From a candidate division WOR-3 bacterium (GTDB taxonomy: Bacteria > Hydrothermota > Tepidihabitantia > SM23-42 > JAOAFX01), in assembly GCA_039802265.1 (NCBI GenBank), contig JBDRWI010000011.1, positions 1 to 41,998 of the forward strand: DNA of 41,998 bases. Reading direction: 5' to 3'. Positions 38,055 through 41,998 of the stretch are shown one piece after another. Position numbers and translations under genes: made by a program. Under the pieces are notes generated by a model, which had not been told where the DNA came from, searched no databases, and saw nothing but the letters and a program-made list of their open reading frames with translations. Numbering within the stretch: the stretch's first letter is position 1; every line of letters begins with the position of its first letter.

Positions 38055-38612
38055 TCATTGAACCCACCGCACCTTGCATCTAACAGTGTTTATCTTTTCT
38101 ATCTCCTTTATATAGCGGTCCATTATCAGATTTGCAAATTCATAAGGCTCAATATCATAATCTTTTAGACCTTTAGTCTTTACCGGCGTGTTCGTTGAGC
38201 TTATATTTATTCCAAAATGAATCAGCGAGGAAAGTGGAGAAACAGTGGCGACAGAAATTGACAGTTTGGCATCGTCTTCATACAAATCTGAGTTGACCCT
38301 CTTTACTAAAAGTTTGCCTTTTATTTCATTTATTGCGTCACGCACGATGGTAGCAAGCAGCAACTGGCGCAGAATGATTTTTTCTATATCGGTATCATAG
38401 TGCTCAACTATGAAATGAAGCATATACTCAGAATAGATTGCCCGGCCCGCCTTTAGGTCTTCTATGTCAACCATTTCCTTTAACTTTACATCACAGGGAC
38501 CGCAGAAGGCAATTATTGAATCACCCACGATACCAAATGTAGTATAGGCAAAGTTGCTACGTAACTGTTCCCCGGTGTAAGCAATTTCATCCTTTATGAG
38601 ACGATATCTCAT
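38055..38612 (-). CDS. DUF366-family protein
   Basis: YTGEQL, GDSIIAFCGPCDV, MVDIED, MLHFIVEH, KLSISVAT, IHFGINI. Confidence 0.8.
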   Translation of the reverse strand: MRYRLIKDEIAYTGEQLRSNFAYTTFGIVGDSIIAFCGPCDVKLKEMVDIEDLKAGRAIYSEYMLHFIVEHYDTDIEKIILRQLLLATIVRDAINEIKGKLLVKRVNSDLYEDDAKLSISVATVSPLSSLIHFGINISSTNTPVKTKGLKDYDIEPYEFANLIMDRYIKEIEKINTVRCKVRWVQ

Positions 38613-39124
38613 TTATTTCCCTCCCTGTTTTCAATATGTAATCTTTTTCTCAGGTATGGAACCAAACCACCTGATGCAACTATCTCAAGGATAAATTCGG
38701 GTGGCGGAATGATTTTTATTTCCTCATTTGTTCTCATATTTTTAATTATACCTTTTTTTAAATCAATTTCAAGAGTGTCGTTATGATCAATCTTATTTGT
38801 GATACCAGGCGCTATAAGAACTAATAATCCAAGATTGATTGCATTGCGATAAAATATTCGGGCAAATGATTCCGCAACAACAGCACTGATGCCAAAATAC
38901 TTTAAACAGGTTGCAGCCTGTTCTCGTGATGAACCACAACCAAAATTCTTCCCGGCAACAATTATATCGCCTTCTTTTGCTGTTTTTAAAAAATCGGGAT
39001 AGGCAAGTTCAAAACAATGTTTCGCCATCTCCTGGCGGTCAGTGGTTATTGAGAGATAACGACCGGGATAGATGTCGTCGGTATTTACATTGTCTCCAAA
39101 TTTATATACCCTGCCGATTATCAT
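38609..39124 (-). CDS. 3-isopropylmalate dehydratase/homoaconitase-family small subunit
   Basis: GDNVNTDDIYPG, GKNFGCGSSREQA, SFARIFYRNAIN. Confidence 0.92.
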   Translation of the reverse strand: MIIGRVYKFGDNVNTDDIYPGRYLSITTDRQEMAKHCFELAYPDFLKTAKEGDIIVAGKNFGCGSSREQAATCLKYFGISAVVAESFARIFYRNAINLGLLVLIAPGITNKIDHNDTLEIDLKKGIIKNMRTNEEIKIIPPPEFILEIVASGGLVPYLRKRLHIENREGNK

Positions 39125-40365
39125 AGCGGTGGGGTTATCTCTCCATTAATTGCCGAAATTGCCGCAGTCGCCGGCGAGACAAGATATATGAATGATTCCG
39201 GACTTCCCATTCTTCCTTTAAAATTTCGGTTGGTGGTGGACAAGCAAACTTCCCCGGCCGCAAGTAAGCCTTGATGGGCACCAAGGCAGGGCCCACAACC
39301 CGGGTTTAATACCAAGGCACCAGATTTTAAAAATATTTCTATATAACCAGCCCTGACTGCTTCAAGATAGACATTGCGCGAGGCAGGAATAATCAAGAGT
39401 CTGACATCAGGATGAATCTTTTTTCCATCTAATAATTCGGCCGCAGTCTTCAAGTCTTCAAGCCTTCCATTTGTGCAGGAGCCAATAAGAACCTGATGGA
39501 TTTTTAAACCCGCCATTTCCCTCACCGGCTTTACATTATCAACCGAGTGGGGACAGGCAATCTGCGGTTCCAAATCACTTACATCAAATTCAAAATTCTG
39601 AATGTACTTCGCATCTTCGTCTGGTAATACAACTTCAAATTTTTTATTTGTATACTTTTCAACAAATTGAATAGTCTTCTCATCGGGTAAGACAAAGGCA
39701 TTTTTTGCGCCCATCTCCATTGAAAGATTTGTCAGAACCATTCTTGAAGCAATGGACATTTCCCTTATCGTAGGTCCACAGAATTCAACCGATTTATAAT
39801 CAGCACCATCAGCCTTCAACTGACCGATGATGTGAAGAATCAAATCTTTTGCTGAAACATATTTACGAAATTTACCCTTAATTGTTATTTTTATTGACTC
39901 CGGTACCTTTAGCCACAACTCCCCTGTTGCCCACACACCCGCCATCTCGGTTGCACCAATTCCTGTTGCAAATGTGCCGAAGGCACCATGAGTAGTAGTA
40001 TGGGAATCGGTTCCAACAAGTACTTCACCAGGACGACAGTGCCCGAATTCCGGCAAAATCTGATGACAGATACCCTCTTTTAAGTCATAAAAATATTTTA
40101 TCCCCTGTTCTTTTACAAATTCCCTTATTCGCTTATGGGTTGTCGCAGTCTTCTCTGACTCCGCCGGTATTCTATGGTCAAATAGAATAACAATCTTTTC
40201 CGGGTCCCAGACCTTTTCCACACCAATCTCTCTAAAAGACTTTAATACTACATCTGCATTTTCGTGGGACATTGCCACATCAACCTTTGCCATCACAATC
40301 TCATTGGGTATGACTTTTTTCTTACCCGAAGCCCTTGCCAATATCTTTTCAGCAATAGTTGCCAT
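39121..40365 (-). CDS. 3-isopropylmalate dehydratase/homoaconitase-family large subunit
   Basis: FDHR, GICHQ, DSHT, IGSCTNGR, CGPCLG, TNRNFKGRMG. Confidence 0.93.
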   Translation of the reverse strand: MATIAEKILARASGKKKVIPNEIVMAKVDVAMSHENADVVLKSFREIGVEKVWDPEKIVILFDHRIPAESEKTATTHKRIREFVKEQGIKYFYDLKEGICHQILPEFGHCRPGEVLVGTDSHTTTHGAFGTFATGIGATEMAGVWATGELWLKVPESIKITIKGKFRKYVSAKDLILHIIGQLKADGADYKSVEFCGPTIREMSIASRMVLTNLSMEMGAKNAFVLPDEKTIQFVEKYTNKKFEVVLPDEDAKYIQNFEFDVSDLEPQIACPHSVDNVKPVREMAGLKIHQVLIGSCTNGRLEDLKTAAELLDGKKIHPDVRLLIIPASRNVYLEAVRAGYIEIFLKSGALVLNPGCGPCLGAHQGLLAAGEVCLSTTNRNFKGRMGSPESFIYLVSPATAAISAINGEITPPL

Positions 40366-40380
40366 CAGTGAATAATATTT

Positions 40381-40449
40381 AGGCTGGGGTTAGGAGGCTG
40401 GGTTTTTTATTTTTATTCAAGCTTCTCAACCCTAACCCATTAACCATCT
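40381..40449. repeat. Degenerate intergenic inverted repeat
   Basis: GGGTTAGG...CCTAACCC arms followed by a TTAACCATCT tail. Confidence 0.5.
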
Positions 40450-40477
40450 TTTTTAGGTATTTAGGCATTTTGGATTT

Positions 40478-41248
40478 TTAGGTATTTTTAACCAGGTCCC
40501 TTTCCCACGGCCCATCATACTCTACTTCCTGTTCACACATCCGTCGCATTGGTCTTTCTCGGGTCATCTCTTCGTAAGTATGGGCAATAAGCCCGACACA
40601 ACGACCGAGTAAAAAGAATGCCTTTCCCAATCGCCAGTCAAACTCCATATCTGATATTATCGCGGCAATTGCGCCATCCACATTCACAGGTAATGGTTTG
40701 GATTTCGCAAATTCCATTTCTATCGCCCTGGTCAATTTTATGTGGTCCCGGGTTATCTTCAAATCATCAGCAAGCTCAAAAAGCCGCTTTGTCCTCGGGT
40801 CCTTGGTGTGGATTCTGTGTCCAAATCCCGGCATATATTTACCTTCCTCTTTTAATTTTTTCAATAAATTTTGTGCGGTTGTTTCATAATCCCAGGCATT
40901 TTCCTGCATCCTTTTTACCCATTCCTGCATTATCCTTGCCGCCTCTTCAATTGCACCTCCATGCACATCACCAATTGCTAAAATTCCAGCCGCAACTGCG
41001 GTAGGAAGGGGTACACCTGCAGAGGCAACAATCCTTGATGCATGGGTTGAGGGTGGTGTAGTCCCGTGGTCAATAGAGGAAGTAATTATTGCATCAATCA
41101 TCCTTGCCTCTTTTTCATCAGGCAGGCGGTTCTTTATCAACAGAAAGAAGACCGAGGCAAAAGGGATATTTCCAATCAAGTCTTCCTGACGATAGCCCTT
41201 TGTTACTATGTGATTGGGTTCTATTTTTGTTATTCCGCTCTTCCACAT
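40478..41248 (-). CDS. Citryl-CoA lyase (short citrate synthase-fold protein)
   Basis: 256 aa; WKSGITKI, DHG, HGGA, PGFGHRIH, DPR, NVDGAIAA. Confidence 0.85.
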   Translation of the reverse strand: MWKSGITKIEPNHIVTKGYRQEDLIGNIPFASVFFLLIKNRLPDEKEARMIDAIITSSIDHGTTPPSTHASRIVASAGVPLPTAVAAGILAIGDVHGGAIEEAARIMQEWVKRMQENAWDYETTAQNLLKKLKEEGKYMPGFGHRIHTKDPRTKRLFELADDLKITRDHIKLTRAIEMEFAKSKPLPVNVDGAIAAIISDMEFDWRLGKAFFLLGRCVGLIAHTYEEMTRERPMRRMCEQEVEYDGPWERDLVKNT

Positions 41249-41272
41249 CTAACCTCCTCGGATATATCAAAT

Positions 41273-41309
41273 CCCTCTCCCACAGGGGGAGAGGGCAAGG
41301 GTGAGGGGG
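41273..41309. repeat. REP/boxC-like palindrome
   Basis: CCCTCTCCC-ACAGG-GGGAGAGGG-CAAGGGTGAGGGG. Confidence 0.7.
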
Positions 41310-41382
41310 CTATTAAGCCTTACCCTGTTAAAATTATTTTTCTTTTTTCGCGCTACCATAAGTCTTTCATCTAAATTGCCAT

Positions 41383-41997
41383 TTATTTTGCCTTAAATTG
41401 CCCCTTATTGTTCTCTATCGCCTTTTTTACAAGAACAGGTATTTCACTCAATGTCTCAGCAATCAGTGCTCCATTATTCTTTAATGCCTCAATCTTACTC
41501 TGGGCAGTTCCCATATTACCTTCAATTATTGCACCGGCATGGCCTAATCTCTTGCCCTGAGGCGCAGATTTCCCGGTGATATAGGCAATGACGGGCTTCT
41601 TCATTTGTTTAATATATGGTGCGGCGAGCTCTTCATATACCCCGCCGATCTCACCTGCCATAACCACTGCATCGGTTTCTGGGTCCTGTTCAAAGAGCCT
41701 TAAAATATCTTCAAAATTTGAACCCAAAATCGGGTCTCCACCGAGTCCCACCGAGGTTGACTCACCAAGTCCGGCCAGATTCAAAGAATTCGCAATATAA
41801 TATGTCACTGCACCACTACGGGCAACCGTGCCAATCCTGCCGGGCTGGAATGCAATCTTTGGAAGCATACCAACCAGACATTTTCCTGGTGAGATTACTC
41901 CCGGTGTATTTCCCCCTATTACCACAACCCCTTTTTCCTTTGCCTTTTCCCGGACATAGAGCATATCATGAATTGGTATTCTTTCGGTAATTACCAC
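41383..41997 (-). CDS. Succinyl-CoA synthetase alpha-like CoA ligase subunit (5' end outside window); possibly citryl-CoA synthetase small subunit
   Basis: GGNTPGVISPG, ARSG, GLGGD, GEIGG, phospho-His motif RLGHAGAII. Confidence 0.88.
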   Translation of the reverse strand: MVITERIPIHDMLYVREKAKEKGVVVIGGNTPGVISPGKCLVGMLPKIAFQPGRIGTVARSGAVTYYIANSLNLAGLGESTSVGLGGDPILGSNFEDILRLFEQDPETDAVVMAGEIGGVYEELAAPYIKQMKKPVIAYITGKSAPQGKRLGHAGAIIEGNMGTAQSKIEALKNNGALIAETLSEIPVLVKKAIENNKGQFKAK

Positions 41998-41998
41998 A

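Noticed and set aside
991..41990. Numerous short ORFs antisense to or overlapping the called genes
   Set aside because: They are shadow ORFs of well-supported genes, with no motifs or initiation signals.
1..41998. CRISPR array, rRNA, tRNA, transposase or prophage genes
   Set aside because: No regularly spaced direct repeats or recognisable motifs found by eye.

Overview
This is a low-GC bacterial chromosome segment. Gene content, including PorV-like and T9SS-type C-terminal domain proteins, suggests an uncultured anaerobe of the FCB/WOR-3 type, which is inference only. Housekeeping genes: mreBCD-mrdA-rodA-priA, thpR, rnfC-rnfD-rnfG-pcrA-class V aminotransferase, purA, hsp20, a DUF554-like gene, ymdB, gcvT-gcvH-gcvPA, queE and a DUF366-like gene. 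Less ordinary gene sets: a secreted beta-propeller protein with a PorV-TPR fusion and a HAMP adenylate cyclase; an anchor-less fumarate-reductase-like pair; a four-gene membrane cassette of unknown function; and a SucD-like/citryl-CoA lyase/LeuCD cluster. The non-coding DNA holds the most unexplained signals. (1) A roughly 175-nt structured element occurs twice in inverted orientation (1-162 and 26883-27058) and shows a compensatory base-pair change. (2) A Xer dif site lies at 16832-16859. (3) Ten sigma70-like promoters all have a 16-bp spacer, and several predict leaderless mRNAs. (4) There are families of degenerate hexamer/heptamer hairpin repeats. No rRNA, tRNA, CRISPR array or transposase was recognised. 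All calls were made by eye, with no database searches.
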